A DNA stretch of 62,216 nucleotides, filler included, from Squatina squatina (Eukaryota), in the NCBI GenBank assembly GCA_031763465.1. It is 3 parts of 3 records of this genome, joined end to end, with 100 filler letters (N's around TTAATTAATTAA, not from the genome) between each part and the next. Parts side by side here need not be neighbours in the genome. Positions count along the whole stretch, not along the records: positions 1 to 15,687 come from JARFOE010000001.1; 2 more parts are not named here. One strand, 5' to 3'. The position numbers and the translations under genes were made by a program. The notes below the pieces were generated by a model that saw nothing but the letters and a program-made list of their open reading frames with translations, searched no databases and was not told the DNA's origin. The stretch's first letter is position 1. Each line of letters opens with the position of its first letter. Positions 1 to 12,930 of the stretch are shown one piece after another.

Positions 1-299
1 GACCAAGGAGAAGGATTAAGAGCCACCATGGGGCCACTTTCTCTGTTCTACCCCACCTCCTCTCTCTTGGATGACCAGGAATCACAGTATGAAACAAATA
101 GAGACTCCCTAACTATCAAGCCTATTTATTTTATAACAGACCACAATCATTCTCCTTTACCTCACTTCCTCTTCTCTTCAGAGATGGTTCTGAATTTTCC
201 TTTTGTTTGACCTCACTCTTAAATGAAATTTCAGAATATCTGTCTAACCTTAAACTTTGCATTGTTCTGCCCTTAATTCAGATTCAATGCTCACGCTTA

Positions 300-665
<366 letters not shown>

Positions 666-1642
666 TTAAATTATGCATACTCAATCACTCAGAGCTTTGT
701 TGCAACTAAACACTTTCATAACCTGAAAGGAAAAATGTTCTTCCATGAGAATGAAATTACACTGAACACAATCAGAATAAAAATGATCCTCAAAGAGCAC
801 TTGTTCATTTGCCAGACTTTTAAAGAATCCATGGTTTCATTCTTACTCGAATGTATACTCATTTATTATAAACTAATTTGCTATTTTTGAACTAACATCA
901 AAACAATTAGGACATAACCCTGCAAAAATCTGAGCTCTTAAATTTGCCAGCCATCATCATAATTCAGACACGTGGATTATCAATAACCTATTTAGTTATC
1001 TTTGACAAGGTTATCAATAATAAGGCTTATTATCAAAATAAAGACTGATGAATCACATTTCTGGAGTCCAACTTTCCAATTGTGGATATGGCTATTACAA
1101 TTTACATCTTGTCCCTCCCAGAACTGTGAAAGGGTCCTCCTTGTCCTCATCTTCCATCTCACCANNNNNNNNNNNNNNNNNNNNNNNNNNNNNNNNNNNN
1201 NNNNNNNNNNNNNNNNNNNNNNNNNNNNNNNNNNNNNNNNNNNNNNNNNNNNNNNNNNNNNNNNACCCCCCGTGTTTTCCAGACAGCGAACCAATTGCTA
1301 TTTGAAATGGTCGTGCTACAAAATATGAACGGTGCCTGGGGAAAAGACTGAGTTCGCCACACAGAGACACACCACGCTTGCACCGAACGATTGAAATGGG
1401 CATATATGATTTATTTATTTTTTAAATCGACCTTTAAGGCTCACGACACTTTACTTTCCCAGACATACACTGTAAAGCAGCCTAGCACAGAGAAATACAA
1501 CATCGCATTCAGCCAGTACTCAAGTTCAAGCAGATCAATATTAAAATAAATGCTAGTTTAGCTGTCCCTGCCGCTCATGCTAAGGGACCCAAGCATTCCA
1601 ATACATCCAACATAATCCGCCTCGTTCAGAAAGAATACTTAC

Positions 1643-1783
1643 ATGCATTGGTTATGGCGAAGCTGTTTGCTACCTCCAAATTGTCAACGTGGGGCGTCAG
1701 CCTTAGTTCATGTGAATTATGCTGAAAAATTCCTAACCGAAACGCGCTGTATTACTGATCTGCCCCTCTTGGGAATAACCCCC
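1643..1783 (-). CDS. GRIA2: GluA2 exon 2, carrying an in-frame TAA at 1752-1754
   Basis: 141 bp between CTTACAG acceptor and GTAAGT donor. Translates (G)[45 protein letters not shown](F). Phase fits exons 1 and 3. Confidence 0.92.
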
Positions 1784-2143
1784 CTGTAAGAGAAAAAAAG
1801 AACGGGTTTTACTCGGACTACAGCGTATTCAGAATCCATCAAAGGAAGCTTTTATGTGTAGCGATGTATTTATGGTTTATGATCAAAATAAGATTATGAA
1901 GGTCATCAAAAGTTATTTAAACTGAAATCACGGATGCTATGAGATTAAGAATCTCCGTGAAAAATCAATATTTGTTTTAATTCTATGACAGTCACTCATT
2001 CTCAGCCTAACGTTTATTGGCAGGGAATGCAGGAAGGCAAGTGCGCTCGATAGAATTCGAGTATTTCAGACAACAGGGTAAAGAAAGTGAAGAATTTATG
2101 ACTTGGTTGGTAATGACAGTTGTCGTATTTGAGGGTAACTCAC

Positions 2144-2237
2144 CTATTTGTACGCTGGTGGGAGAAGAAGCAGCAAACGCCAGTCCGCAAACCCAAGAAA
2201 CCACAAAGACAGATATATGCTGCATAATCTTTTGCAT
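2144..2237 (-). CDS. GRIA2: GluA2 exon 1 coding part (signal peptide)
   Basis: ATG at 2237; MQKIMQHISVFVVSWVCGLAFAASSPTSVQI(G) followed by a GTGAGT donor, phase 1. Resembles mammalian MQKIMHISV...SNSIQIG. Confidence 0.93.
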
Positions 2238-2389
2238 TTCCGAAAAAATACTGCAGCCGCGATATAATCCTTCCTTTCAGGATTTGTTNNNNNNNNNNNN
2301 NNNNNNNNNNNNNNNNNNNNNNNNNNNNNNNNNNNNNNNNNNNNNNNNNNNNNNNNNNNNNNNNNNNNNNNNNNNNNNNNNNNNNNNNG

Positions 2390-3528
2390 AGATCCTGCAA
2401 AAGTCTGCTGCAGATCCCTGGAAGGAACCTGAGGTGAAGAATTTGAGGGTGGTACTGACTTTGTCAGCCACTGGTAACGCATGTCCACCAGGTCTTTTGG
2501 GAATCAGATCTTCTTCCAGCAAGCTACAAATGTCTGCTACGACCTGGTGCAACAGCCTGAGCCTCCTGAAGCACTGCTGTTCAGCCATGTCCAGGAAGCT
2601 CTTCCTCTGCCTGTCTAGCCTGTGATGGGGATGTCGCCTCCAGTGCACTGCAGGCCTGTGCTGAACCTCTCTCCCCGGTGGAGCATCAGGTCAGTAAGGA
2701 GAAGGTTGCTAGTGTTGTGGTTGCTGCTGCTGTTGGTGTGGCTGGTGTTGTTTGTGCTGGGCTCATCTTGGTCCGATTCTGAGGCATAAGCAGCACCCAT
2801 GCTGATCTGATAGATGGTAGGTAAAGTCGAGGTCAGAGGCACAATTCTTCACTGTTCCGAGAATGACTAGAAATGTGGTCAGAATGGCTTCCGAGGTTGC
2901 AGAAATCACCTGAAAACTCCTGACAGCTAAATCTCTGCACGAACTGGCGTCAGCAAGAGCCTTTCCCTTAGGCAAGCAGGCGTAAAGTGTGAATATTTAT
3001 GTGCTTTTACAGCTGTCACTTATTAAGCTAGCAAAATGGCCACTGAGCTCTCGCCTTAACTTCACGGGCGAGCTTTCCGAGGTCTGTGAATCCCATGTGC
3101 AAGCAGTCAACTGAAGAAGTGTTAAGGATATGCACCCAAAGCCGACGTGGCCTTTTTTAGCATGTGCACGTCGGATCCCAATTATGTCATTGGGACTTGA
3201 CTGCAGTTTTAACTCAGCAGCCTGAGTGGGAAGTGGCAGTGAGTTTCCTACCAGGCCAGCACAGCCAAGAAGTGGATCCTGGTCAGAAGACCACAAACGT
3301 AGGTTTTTTTAAAAAAATACTTTCCTTCTGGGGCCAGGAGGAACAGGACCTGGCCTCAGAGGATGGCTTCCAGGCTGCATGATTTTCCGCTGCTTTCTGC
3401 CGGATTCGGGTGGGACATCGGCCAATGGGGCTTAAGTGAGCCCAGGGAGGTAAACTACCGGAACCTCATTCTGGAGAAGTGGATAAGTTTCTACATCACA
3501 CCGCTACTCACCTGCCGAAATCTGGCCC
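2390..3528 (-). mobile_element. PIF/Harbinger DNA transposon fragment (HARBI1-like transposase N-terminus plus terminal region)
   Basis: Translates [32 protein letters not shown]...[30 protein letters not shown] at about 2390-2620. Ends in AAATCTGGCCC, the recurring terminal motif. Confidence 0.8.
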
Positions 3529-5291
3529 AGAGGGCAATAGTATTGCAGCACTGTGTGGATACAGGCTTTATGCAATACTGGAATTGCACACTTTGACAGG
3601 TAGGGGCTGAAATTTCTTGAAGATTGCTATTATTCTACCAGCTTTCCGACCGTCGTCACTGTCTGTTGGCCACAACCTAGCTCAGATGTGGTTATCAAAA
3701 TAATGATCTTGGAGTTTGTAACTGAAGAAAGCATGGTCCCATTGTACAGGAAAGTATGCATAAAATATCATGGATAAGTTTTCATGACAGTTGTTGACTT
3801 CTGTTCTCTCAGTGCCATAGATAACACACTATAGGTCAGCTCATTATTCAATACTATCTATATCTGTCCAAACAGATCTAGTGATTGCTTGTCTTTGACA
3901 TATTAAACACTCCATTAAAAGTGGTATATTCACTGAAAAGAACATCACTTTTTATGACATTTTCCATTGATGAAGACCAAGAGGGAGCAAGCATCTGAGA
4001 AACTCTCTTGTCGGCATTGCTATAAGAAGATAAAAGATCCATTTATCATGATCCATTATTTGCTTCTGCAGAGGATAAAAGCTTTGTGGAGCTTTGTTGG
4101 GGAATTGCTATCTTATTTTTTTGGAAAAGTAGGCACATACAACTATAATTTTAATTCCTTAAAGATATCATGCCAAGGAATTCAGTGCAAAATATTTAGT
4201 TGGTTTAAGGAACAGAAAATATTTATTATACAAAGTAATAATATTTCAGCATAGGTTCTTGTGTTGTTATATCCGATAGACCACTTCCAGCATTGTGCAT
4301 TACAAGTATGCGTATAGTTTGAACAGTGCACTAAAAATACATCCTTCGTCATCAAAACTAACAGAACCTCTGTTATGAGATGCACATACAATATACAATA
4401 GCTAATATATCTTGTCTAGATGTTTGAAATAAAAGCATTAAAAACACAGATTAAGCGCTGGAGACATTCATTTGCTTCCCCTAGTCTTCACTTCATAATT
4501 CATATATTATCATACCAATTGTATATATTTAATTTCAGATCAGATATTGGTGAACATCCACACAACTGACATATGGCCCATTTATGTGATCCAATATTGA
4601 AGCAAAAATTAATACAGATATACAATTTTAATATTTATTTTGACACTAGAACATCTCCATAATACAATCACTTAAATAAATCATTTTGCAATTTAAACTT
4701 TATATCAAAATTTTACATTGACAGGAATAGTTTGTACTATTTTCTGTCGTTAAAAAATAACAGTGATATGAACTACAACTCACATGTGATCAATAAAATA
4801 CTGAGGTACTTAGTTCTGGAAAACACAACTTTGAGTTAAAACAAAACTATCAAAACAAAACAAACTCTTTACTATTTGGAAGATATAGAATTTTTTTATA
4901 AGTACACACATAATCATACTTAACTTGTATCTCAGTAACATTAAACGTGCATGTTTAAGTGTCAGTATCAGAAAGAATGCAGCACATTTTAAATGACCCA
5001 TCACAACCCCGTAAATGTTATTCTCGGAGTAGTAGAAAGATTGCAATGTAGTTTAACCTTCATGACCTCCAAAGCAGCCTGGGTGCTGTACAGCTATATA
5101 CAACATTGTTCGGTTATAGTGTACGCATTGTAATTTCATGCTTTAATTCAAATTTGACATAAATACATCTGGTTGCTAATCAATTTTCAATCACAGAGCA
5201 TTTATGATGAAAAATTATGCTTAAGAGAAACGGGTAGAGGGTTCAATGATATCTGACATATCTCACACAATGGGAACTAGTGGTTGAATGA

Positions 5292-5588
5292 TCATAGATA
5301 AGCAGCCCAGTATATCACATTGAAGAAGAGGAAACAGAATGGAAACAATGCTCTTGCATAGAGATCAACCCGCTTTGCTTCAGTTGGGATGACAGGTTTT
5401 GGAGGTGGAGGCTTCTTATTATTTTTTAACTGGAGTTTTCCAAGACCGTTATTAACTTCTATGGGTTTTCCATAGCAATCATAGTTAGACAATTCAAAGT
5501 CACGTGGCAAGCTTCCAACGATGCTGAAGTCATTGGATCTCAGGTCAGATTTAGAAGTACAAACCTTTTTGCACCTTGTCTCCGCAAC
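5292..5588 (-). CDS. GLRB: Glycine receptor beta, last coding exon (TM3-TM4 loop, gephyrin-binding motif, TM4, stop)
   Basis: 297 bp after a TAG acceptor. Translates [51 protein letters not shown]...[41 protein letters not shown]. Confidence 0.97.
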   Translation of the reverse strand, partial: VAETRCKKVCTSKSDLRSNDFSIVGSLPRDFELSNYDCYGKPIEVNNGLGKLQLKNNKKPPPPKPVIPTEAKRVDLYARALFPFCFLFFNVIYWAAYL

Positions 5589-5695
5589 CTAGCAAAACAC
5601 AGAATATAATTGTTGATGCATGGTATCATTGTAATCTACATTATCACAATCATAATTGTTAGTACCAGAGGATACCTATACAATTTACAAAGCAA

Positions 5696-6065
5696 GGGCG
5701 CCCAATTCACGGGTAAACATTTGGCACGAAATCAGCGCAAAACAGGCGTACAAGCACTTTGGGCGTCCAAATGCAGGTGCAAAATTCAGGTCCCGTTAGC
5801 GCTGGCGCGAAGCGCTAGCTGTGTCTTTAGCACGGCACTATGACATCATAATTGCACGTCGCGCCCAAAATGGCCACTCGCCCGCCCACAGTGTCAGTGT
5901 GCACTAAACCCAGCGGTGACCACGCCTGGATTATTCAGCGGTGACACGGGCCTCAGCTCAGCGACTGGAGCACAAGTTAAAGCTGTGAGATGAGGCTTCA
6001 TTTTATCTTTGCTCAGTGGCTCCGTGACGCGCTCATCACATGACTTTACTTTATAGCCTCACTCT
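5696..6065. mobile_element. GC-rich Harbinger-like element end
   Basis: Abrupt GC/CpG-rich segment starting GGGCGCCCAATTCACG. Shares AATTCACG with the terminus at 8057-8073. Confidence 0.5.
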
Positions 6066-6165
6066 NNNNNNNNNNNNNNNNNNNNNNNNNNNNNNNNNNN
6101 NNNNNNNNNNNNNNNNNNNNNNNNNNNNNNNNNNNNNNNNNNNNNNNNNNNNNNNNNNNNNNNNN

Positions 6166-6265
6166 GGAAAGTGAGGTAAAAGTTCAGCCATGATCTTATT
6201 GAATGGCAGAACAGGCTCTAGAGGCCATATGGCCTACTCCGGCTCCTATTTCTTATGTTCTTTTG
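6166..6265 (+). mobile_element. CR1 LINE 3' UTR
   Basis: CAGCCATGATCTTATTGAATGGC...ATGGCCTACTCC...CCTATTTCTTATGTTCT, the same tail as the CR1 at 14565-15107. Confidence 0.75.
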
Positions 6266-7001
6266 TTCGTACAGCCCCAAGATTACAAGACTCTCAAGTC
6301 ACATGTGACGGGAGTGCAATGAGAGAAATTAACGCAGAGGTCAATCTGCCCAATTTGTGGCACATTTGGTTTCCAGCCATTAGTTTTAATCAATTATAAT
6401 TTTACGCCTTGACTATTGGGTTGTTCTGCTCCTTTTAAACCAACAAAGTAATTTTCCATCGTCCAGCTTCCAGGGAGCCTCGTTCACTGGTAATGCATGC
6501 TGGAATTTAAGTGTGAATCTGAATTTCCAATATGCGATTCCGACAGGTCAAGCTCCTTACTGGAAGCATGAATTTAAGAAATACTCCTCATGGGTTTTCA
6601 AACAAACAGATCTATGAACCAGAGTGGGATTAACAAGGTTATCAGATTTCTATCTACCTCAGGCTGGACAATATAACCCATGTCCTGAGAATTTTGTTTT
6701 CTGTATTTGTTGGCATGCTGGCACATTATTTTATTGATGTACATCAGAAACAATCATACTGTAGAACTGTTTTGTTTTCGATAGCTACCGCTACCTTTCA
6801 GAAGTTAGCAGAGAGTTCCCAGAGCCATGAAAATATTTGCAGTGGGTCCCCCACATAGAAATGCTTTAAATCCAGCTATAATAATGATGACACAGCAATC
6901 CCCTCTTGCATAACTTTTAAGACAAAATTTGGTAGAAATCATAAAGTGTGAGGAAAAGTGTAAACAGACTATATTTAAAAGCAAATCACACAGTTTCTTA
7001 C

Positions 7002-7250
7002 CTGTAAAGTGCTAATATGAACGGGGGTGCCTGTTCCATTAACAGTATTCTTAGAAGACGGTTTGACCCAGTTTCCGCATCCTTTCCCTTCAATGGCTGC
7101 AATGGCCTGCTCCTTGGCCTTCAGTTTTTTTTGGATTCGAGCCCTTTCAGCTTCAATTTTTTGTGGGCTGTTTAACATAACCTGTACAACAGCATATTCT
7201 ACAAGTGACGCAAACCCAAAGAGGAGGCAAGCAATCAACCAGATATCCAA
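7002..7250 (-). CDS. GLRB: GLRB penultimate coding exon (TM3 and start of loop), 5' part lost in gap
   Basis: [39 protein letters not shown]...[17 protein letters not shown] followed by a GTAAG donor, phase 0, matching the last exon. Confidence 0.96.
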
Positions 7251-7350
7251 NNNNNNNNNNNNNNNNNNNNNNNNNNNNNNNNNNNNNNNNNNNNNNNNNN
7301 NNNNNNNNNNNNNNNNNNNNNNNNNNNNNNNNNNNNNNNNNNNNNNNNNN

Positions 7351-8073
7351 GCATAATGATAGGGCAACATCCAGATGGTCATCTTTCAGTGGACATACAT
7401 GTGTCATTATCGGCAGCTAACAATAGTAAAAGGTCTTAAAGTATCGGGAATGAGGACTGCATTTAGTGTGCAAGTATTCTTCTATGCTGCAATGAGGTAT
7501 TTCTCTGCAACAGAGCAAGTGGCACTCACCCGCACCAGACGAGTTAAGTCGTTGAACTTCTTGCAGCACTGGGTAGGTGTCCACGCTTCCACATTTGAGG
7601 AGGAAACCTCATCAGCAATGGCCTGCCAACTCTCCCGATGTACTGAGGGGGTAGTCCTTCTTCCAGAGGCAGGGAACAGTTGGCCCCTCTGCCTCTCCAC
7701 CGATGTGACCAGCGTCTCCAGNNNNNNNNNNAGTGCCACAGTGGTGAATCTCTGGCTTCGGCGGGATACTCCAGACATATTTGATCTCCAAAAAAAAATT
7801 CTTCCCACAGCAAAACAAGCTGCTGAACTGTGAACAGCCAGGGTTTTATGTGAATCAAGGCAGTGGAAATGCAATTGTTGAAGGAGATGTGTCACATGAA
7901 AGTGCTTGGAAAATTCAAGAGTACGTCCCTACAGTGCCTCTATGAAGCTATCAGCAACTGCCTAGAAAAACCAAAAACTTTGACGAATTTTCCAGCGCCC
8001 GGGCACTAGTAACGCTGGGCAATGTCGGGGCGCTATTCCAATTTCAGCGCGGCATTCGTGAATTTCTAGCCCC
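7351..8073 (-). mobile_element. Harbinger element end encoding a Myb/SANT-like (NAIF1/MSANTD-type) partner protein
   Basis: Translates RRSQRFT...LETLVTSVERQRGQLFPASGRRT...RESWQAIADEVSSSNVEAWTPTQCCKKFNDLTR, followed by a GTGAGT donor near 7529. Terminus GAATTTCTAGCCCC at 8060-8073. Confidence 0.8.
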
Positions 8074-8358
8074 TAATGTGCAGATCCTCAATCGTGCCAA
8101 TTTCCAACTGAGTTTCAATATGCAATGTCCTTACAATAAGATTTGTTTTTTCAAAAAATAGTAAACATTTAAGTAGTAATTTTACATTCTCCTTATTTTA
8201 CTTCTTTGAAACATTTAATTTATCAAATGGTCTCTCATGCAATTTGCTATGCAATCATATATACAATGGCACATCAGTCAGTAACTTTAGTGGAAATGTG
8301 GAATTACTTTCCGTAGTAACAGTGGAGGAGTTGATCATTTGTACGAGTGTCAGTGCTA

Positions 8359-8580
<222 letters not shown>

Positions 8581-9114
8581 TTAATAGAAATGTTGTGCTT
8601 AGCATACTGAGAGAATCTATTTTCAAAGCAGAAAGGTTTATTCAATTGAATGGAAACCCTTCTATTACAGTTTTAACAATTTTGTAACAAGCTGGTCAGG
8701 GTCTTTAATAAAAAATAATTGCAAAGTTAGTTGCATTCTTCCTAAATATGATGAATATATATATAACATGAGAACAATACTATGCTTCATTTCCAACAGT
8801 TATAATTGACTGAATCAGTTAAAATTATCCACCAATAGCTAGGAAAACTTAAATTTAATTGTAATGATAAAACTCCAAGGGGTACAAATTGGCTCTCATT
8901 GCGCCCGTTTGCCATGTTGAAAACAGGCAAAAATGACGCATTTCACTGAGCTATTGGCCCTGTGCCAAATGAACACCTGAAATATGCCCAACACCATATT
9001 GGCCTCAAAGGTTTNNNNNNNNNNNNNNNNNNNNNNNNNNNNNNNNNNNNNNNNNNNNNNNNNNNNNNNNNNNNNNNNNNNNNNNNNNNNNNNNNNNNNN
9101 NNNNNNNNNNNNNN

Positions 9115-9665
9115 CGCCTTCGTGGATGCTTCTCCTCCAGTTCGGGCGGTCTTGGGCCAGAGATTCCCATGAGTCAGTGGGGATGTTACATCTTTTCAGC
9201 AAAGCTTTGAGGACATCCTTGATGCATTTCCTCTGCTCTCCTGGTAATCACTTGTCGTGATGAAGCTCAGAGTAGAGTGCTTGTTTTGGGAGTCTTGTCA
9301 TGTGTACGGACGATGTGGCCCACCCATCGCAGCTGATTGAGCGTGACCAGTGTCTCAATGCTGGGGATGTTGGCCTGAGAGGGGACGCTGACATTGGTAC
9401 GCTTATCCTGCTAGTGCATATGCAGGATTTTGCAGAGGCAGCATTGGTGGTACTTCTCCAGTGCTTTGAGGTGTCTACTGTACATTATCCATGTCGCCGA
9501 TGCATACAGAAGGGCGGGTATCACTGCTGCCCTGTAGACCATGAGGTTGGTGCCGGCTTTAAGGTCTTGGTCTTCAAACACTCTTTTCCTCATGCAGCCG
9601 AAGGCTGTACTGACACATTGGAGTCGCTGTTGGATTTCATCGTGTATGTCTGCTCTCATGGAGAG
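9115..9665 (-). mobile_element. RTE-clade LINE, C-terminal RT region, decayed
   Basis: ADIHDEIQQRLQCVSTAFGCMRKRVF...MVYRAAVIPALLYASATW...LEKYHQCCLCKIL and WESLAQDRPNWRRSIHEG, typical RTE C-terminal motifs. Confidence 0.85.
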
Positions 9666-10515
9666 GAGGCTGTTCTACTCATCAGGTACCACAGCATCAC
9701 GGCCAAGCAACAGATCGACTGACCAACCAACATAATTGGATAGTGATAGGTAGGAAAATGACATAAATATTTTTGGTTTCTGTTAATTAAATATGGAAAT
9801 ATATAGATATCGATTCAAAACACTGAATGATCTATCTACAGATACGTTGAGGAAAACAAAGGGAGGTAGCAATCCACAGAAAGATGGAGGGTGAAATCCA
9901 TCTTGCACAGTAATGTAAAACAGGCAATAGTAAGGAAATCTCTTAATTCAATTAAATGATCCCTCGTGATCCAGGCACGAGCGTATTTTCCAAATGCAAA
10001 TTTATTACTCAGACACCAATAATATAATGACTATTATGGTTATACAATAGACTCCCTGCAGACCCAAGGTGATCAAGCTTGACCCCCATCTCTTGAGCTC
10101 TCACTACAAGAAGGCTGCTACCCGTTCTTTCTTTTCCCTCTTTTTTTACCCATCTGTCACATGTTCAAAAAACATTTCAGGCATCCTTAAAGCACCTTCC
10201 CTTTAATGTGAGTCATATCACACGATGCCCAGAATGTGTGTTGATCCCGACATGATAGCCATTTTGAAGGTTCAAGTGCTAATCAATTTAACCTACTGTA
10301 TCTTGCCTTGACATTACAAAAAGAACAGGAAATGACCTAGACAATCGCCGATAGTTAATGTGACACTGCTTGAGTACCTCCATTGTTCTGGCCAATCCCT
10401 GACCTTAGCATCTCACAGTGGATGTAACCAACCCGTCTGCTTGTTGCTACTCCCCATCGTCCCGAGCAATCTCCAATATTCGCAGATCCTAATCGTACAA
10501 TGGCCTAGAGATATT

Positions 10516-10789
10516 GGGGCTGAATTTGCGATCCCATCAGGTCCCTCCGGGTGCGTATGATGTTCGCACGCACTCGTAGGGACCCCGCAAGTTCCGGATT
10601 TAGGGCTGCAATGCGCATTGTCTTGACACATCATCCGCCTGGACTGCAAAAGAGCTTTCCTGGGTGGAGATTTGCGCTATTTGCCCAACTCTTGCCCATA
10701 GATAGCTGTTATTTTTTTTTACGCATGGTAAAAGCAAGTGTACAGGTGCAACAGTTTTTAAAATGTAAAAATAAAATAAATTAGTGGTA
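10516..10789. mobile_element. Harbinger-like element end
   Basis: Starts GGGGCTGAATTTGCGATC; a related start CCCTGAATTTGCGATC occurs at 15617. Confidence 0.5.
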
Positions 10790-11099
10790 NNNNNNNNNNN
10801 NNNNNNNNNNNNNNNNNNNNNNNNNNNNNNNNNNNNNNNNNNNNNNNNNNNNNNNNNNNNNNNNNNNNNNNNNNNNNNNNNNNNNNNNNAAACCGTACGC
10901 GGGGATTAAGGTTGCTATGTGAAGTCTGGTGTCTGAGGGTTTTGCCCCTAGAGAGGTTTGCAGGCAGCAATGTTATACCACCTGTCGTGTCACCAGTTGG
11001 CAGCCTCTGTTCACCCAAGAGTCAGAGCACAGCCAGCGTGTCTGAACAGAATAGGCGATGGGGGGAACATGAAATGTGCTAAGCCCTAACCTTTACTTT

Positions 11100-11741
11100 C
11101 ACACGGCAGCAGGCAGCACTTTAAAAAGATTTTTTTTTGTCTTTCGCTGACGTCAAGACAGGGAAAGAAAAAAAAACTTAAATCAGCTCTTTTTGTTTTT
11201 TTTTATTAAAAAAAGCCACTTGAAAGTACCCTGCAATAATGGAATCCAGCTGTTCGCTGCTAAACTACCTTTTAAAGTAATTTTTACTAAAAGTTTATTC
11301 GGACAGCAAAGTTTTGCACTGCCAGCTGATGTTAGACGAAAGCAAGAAGGAGAAAGCAAAGATCGTCGACTTTATATCGATCTTTTTTTTTAAAAACAGA
11401 AGTTTATAAAAGTTGACAGGTGTGCGTAAGTACTTGGCTGCGCCTTTAAAAAAAACCCTGGGTCTGCCAGAACCGTCTGTCGGTTTTTTTTCGCCTTACA
11501 TTAGCCATTGAGTAGATAAGTGCGATCGTTGGATCGGGGCACGTTGGAGAGAGAAGGGAGTGCTTTGGATCGGAATGTGGAAGCCACTATGTGATTATCT
11601 GGTGGAAATGCTGGCACATCAGGGTCCCTGCACTCGNNNNNNNNNNNNNNNNNNNNNNNCTGGAAGTGAGTGTGTGTGTGAAGAAGCCCGGTGTCTGTCT
11701 TGTCTGCTCTGCCCCGATAGCGCGCACACATTCCCCCCCAA
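11100..11741 (+). promoter_or_regulatory. Probable PDGFC promoter / 5' UTR region with a palindromic CRE
   Basis: CpG-richer DNA directly upstream of the PDGFC ATG; perfect TGACGTCA at 11148-11155. Confidence 0.45.
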
Positions 11742-11850
11742 ATGTCCCTGTCATTAGTATTACTGCTAATATCGGCTCTCAACTTCCGCCATCATGGATC
11801 GGAAGCCCAAATCACCAAGGTCCAGCCTTCAAGTAACAAGGAACAGAACG
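11742..11850 (+). CDS. PDGFC: Platelet-derived growth factor C, exon 1 (signal peptide)
   Basis: MSLSLVLLLISALNFRHHGSEAQITKVQPSSNKEQN(G) then GTAAGT. SSNKEQNG matches the end of mammalian PDGFC exon 1, and divergent orientation to GLRB matches known synteny. Absent from the ORF track. Confidence 0.88.
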
Positions 11851-12804
11851 GTAAGTTTTCTTTCTTTCTCCCGTAGCCCTTTGATGTGAGAAAGTTGAGT
11901 TTGCCGTTCCTGGCATGTTTTCGTTTTGCTTCACTCGCTTGCCAGTGTGGCGAGCAGATGATCACTTACAGGTATGGATTACAGTGCAGCTCCAGCACAC
12001 ACAGCGATAGTACTATAGAACCTAGGCAATCCTCGCCCCATAGGGACTTTGGTTGTTTAAGTTTTTTGTGTAGGAAATGTGGATTTCCCCGGTGCCAGAG
12101 TGCAAACTCCTCCTTAAGGTACTCGTTCTCTAAAAACGTTCAGGGTATTGATATTAAACATGCGACTGAGCGGGACGGCTCCCTCTGTGTAACTCTCATA
12201 CTTCAAAAAAACAACTCTCATACTTAAAAAAAAAGGTCTATCTTATGAAAATGCTTGAGTTTTCGATCGAGTGCTTCTGAAGTAGGGCTGCTGTGTTGTT
12301 TTTTAACTGAGCCACGCTGCTTGTAAACGCGGTGCCATCTGGCACCTGCAGGCAGCCAGGGCGGTGATCAAAGAGCAGCACTAACAAAGCTGGCCTCACA
12401 GTCAGAACAACTTGGAAGAGCCAGTGAAAGCGATCAAAAGAGTGAGTAAGCAAACGAGCTGCACACAGCCACTAGTCCTTACAAAGCCACTACTATCGCA
12501 TCTTGAGAGTTCGACTCTCGCACAAGCACTTTAGAAGCATACTGTTTGATTAGCTTCTTACAGTATACAGGGGGGCTATTCGGCCCATCCCTGTGCCTTG
12601 GAACATTCACTTCTGGATTGCCGAGTTTTCCACTATATCTGCGATAAAGTTTAAGGTGACGTGCGTTTATTGGTGGAGTCAGTGTCACTGAGATATTTCG
12701 AAATTAACTACCAAATTGTTTCATTTATAAAGACATATTAAGGCACCAGCGCCGAGAAAACGCGACTCTAATTGGATGAGAATTGTGGTAAACATCACTA
12801 TAAA

Positions 12805-12930
12805 CGCTAATACTGCGGATGCTGGAATTTGAAATAAAAACAAAATGCTGGAAATACTCAGCAGGTCAGGCAGCATCTGTGAAGAGATAAACAGAGTTAA
12901 CGTTTCAGGCCGATGACCTTTTGTCAGCAC
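12805..12930 (-). mobile_element. Penelope-like terminal-repeat fragment with a degenerate hammerhead core
   Basis: Minus strand reads CTGACAAAAGGTCATCGGCCTGAAACGTTAACTCTG...ACAGATGCTGCCTGACCTGCTGAGTATTTCCAGCA. Homologous to 48666-48725. Confidence 0.65.

Noticed and set aside
2017-2625. 202-aa plus-strand ORF and the other ORFs containing X runs
   Set aside because: They read through N gaps that join unrelated contigs. This one is antisense to GRIA2 exon 1 and a transposase relic.
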